From a virus, in IMG/VR virus record IMGVR_UViG_3300006914_000013, positions 20,386 through 84,385 of that record: a stretch of DNA of 64,000 nt. One strand, written 5' to 3'. Below the pieces are notes generated by a model that had not been told where the DNA came from, did not search any database, and was given only the letters and a program-made list of their open reading frames with translations. Within the stretch, counting starts at the first letter, position 1, and every line of letters starts with the position of its first letter. Positions 62,923 to 64,000 of this stretch are shown piece after piece. The translations under genes were made by a program, and so were the position numbers.

Positions 62923-63368
62923 TTCTTCTGTTCCCGCTGGTGCTGGTTCCACATGTCCTGGGCGCGGCAGTGCGGGCAAATCTTGTCCCACTGGGTCACC
63001 GAGGTCAGGTGCGACGTGATTTGCTCGGCCATTTCGCCGGACACCGTGGTGTCCCAGGCGGTGAAGCTGTCGCGCCAGGCCTGCAACTGCTCGACCGGTA
63101 CCGGCACGCGATCATTGGGGTTGTAGATCGCCGGGGTGAGGACGGCCCGCGGCGCTTCGCGCTCCCAGGTCATCGGGTCGGTCTGACCGGTCCAGATATT
63201 GGAGAAAATTTCGTGGGTGGTGAGCGTCTTGGGGAACGCTTTGTGATGCCAGCCATGGACCATGAACGGGCAATCGCCCTCGCCCCGGATAAAGCAATAC
63301 ACATGGGTGAACTCGGGGTCGCGAGTGTCAAAGCGCAGTTCGTCGTAGTAGGTCGTGCATTTGCCCAT
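62919..63368 (-). CDS. Hypothetical protein
   Basis: AAGGAG RBS before MGKCTTY; CPHC near the end. Confidence 0.6.
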   Translation of the reverse strand: MGKCTTYYDELRFDTRDPEFTHVYCFIRGEGDCPFMVHGWHHKAFPKTLTTHEIFSNIWTGQTDPMTWEREAPRAVLTPAIYNPNDRVPVPVEQLQAWRDSFTAWDTTVSGEMAEQITSHLTSVTQWDKICPHCRAQDMWNQHQREQKN

Positions 63369-63370
63369 GG

Positions 63371-63781
63371 TCAGGACTCCTTGGCGTTGGGTTCGGGGGT
63401 ACGGCGGGACAGCGGGCCGACCAGGTGGCTTGGTGGGACGGGGCACATTTGGCCGAGCGGGCGCCACATATGCAGGCAGTGCGGATGAAAATTTACATAA
63501 AGGCGCTCTGGCGGGTGGTACTGCATCACCCAATCATCTGGCCCCCAGAACAGGTCTTTGATCGTACACATCACATCCCAGGACGGGGTTTTGCTCTGGA
63601 AACTGACGCTGACGTGCTCCCAGCCCTCTTGATCGGAGGCAATCACCCGCGCCTGCAGCACGGCTTGGGTGGCGGGGTCACGCAGCGGAATCATGAACGC
63701 GCCGTTGTTGCCGTGGGTGGCCTTGGCACTGGCCAGCATGCCGGCGGTGACGCGGAATCGCTCGGGGACTTTGAAAGCCAT
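63371..63781 (-). CDS. Conserved phage hypothetical protein
   Basis: GWEHVSVS...PSW..M..IKDLF...QYHPP...YVN.HPHCLH.W. Confidence 0.75.
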   Translation of the reverse strand: MAFKVPERFRVTAGMLASAKATHGNNGAFMIPLRDPATQAVLQARVIASDQEGWEHVSVSFQSKTPSWDVMCTIKDLFWGPDDWVMQYHPPERLYVNFHPHCLHMWRPLGQMCPVPPSHLVGPLSRRTPEPNAKES

Positions 63782-63796
63782 GGGGCATCCTTGTTT

Positions 63797-64000
63797 TTAT
63801 TGTTTGTTGATCAGCTGCAACATCGCCTCGACCTGTTGCTGGTGCGCGGCCTCGGCCGCTTCGGCGGCCCGGTGCAGGCAATAGCTCAGGCCATCCACCC
63901 GGTGGTGCCAGAACTCGGTGATCAACTGGTCATTGATTTGCAGGCGGTAGTGGTGCCCCTTCTTCGGGTGCCGCTTGCCGGTGTTGATGATCGCGATCAT
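63797..64000 (-). CDS. Small hypothetical protein
   Basis: 67 aa starting at the window edge. Confidence 0.55.
   Translation of the reverse strand: MIAIINTGKRHPKKGHHYRLQINDQLITEFWHHRVDGLSYCLHRAAEAAEAAHQQQVEAMLQLINKQ

Noticed and set aside
1-64000. tRNA or rRNA genes
   Set aside because: No cloverleaf or rRNA-like sequence noticed by eye in intergenic regions; a tRNAscan-SE/Infernal run would be needed to exclude them fully.

Overview
A 64-kb segment of a GC-rich tailed phage. The host is most likely Pseudomonas, inferred from MvaT- and AmrZ-like genes. It also carries a plasmid maintenance kit (RepL-like initiator with a phased iteron origin, a ParA/RHH pair and a serine resolvase with a res-like site), so it is probably a phage-plasmid. 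Layout: 1-13.0 kb (+) tape measure, tail, fibre and lysis-position genes; 13.0-27.7 kb (-) a phage replication/recombination module (SbcCD, RecU-like nuclease, Dda-like helicase, Pol A, SNF2 helicase, AEP primase-helicase); 27.8-55.0 kb (-) a long early/accessory tract (AmrZ-like, two MvaT paralogs, a dual-frame C5 methyltransferase, ParA, ArdB/KlcA, RadC, many small ORFs separated by repeated heptad and leader motifs); 55.9-59.1 kb (+) an array of about 8 diverged small helical paralogs with an AlaRS-like fragment inside it; 59.1-64 kb (-) rep/ori, XRE, vWA and two stand-alone BrxR/CapW-type wHTH genes. No CRISPR array, tRNA, rRNA, integrase or recognisable endolysin was seen. All family calls are motif recognition by eye, not database searches.
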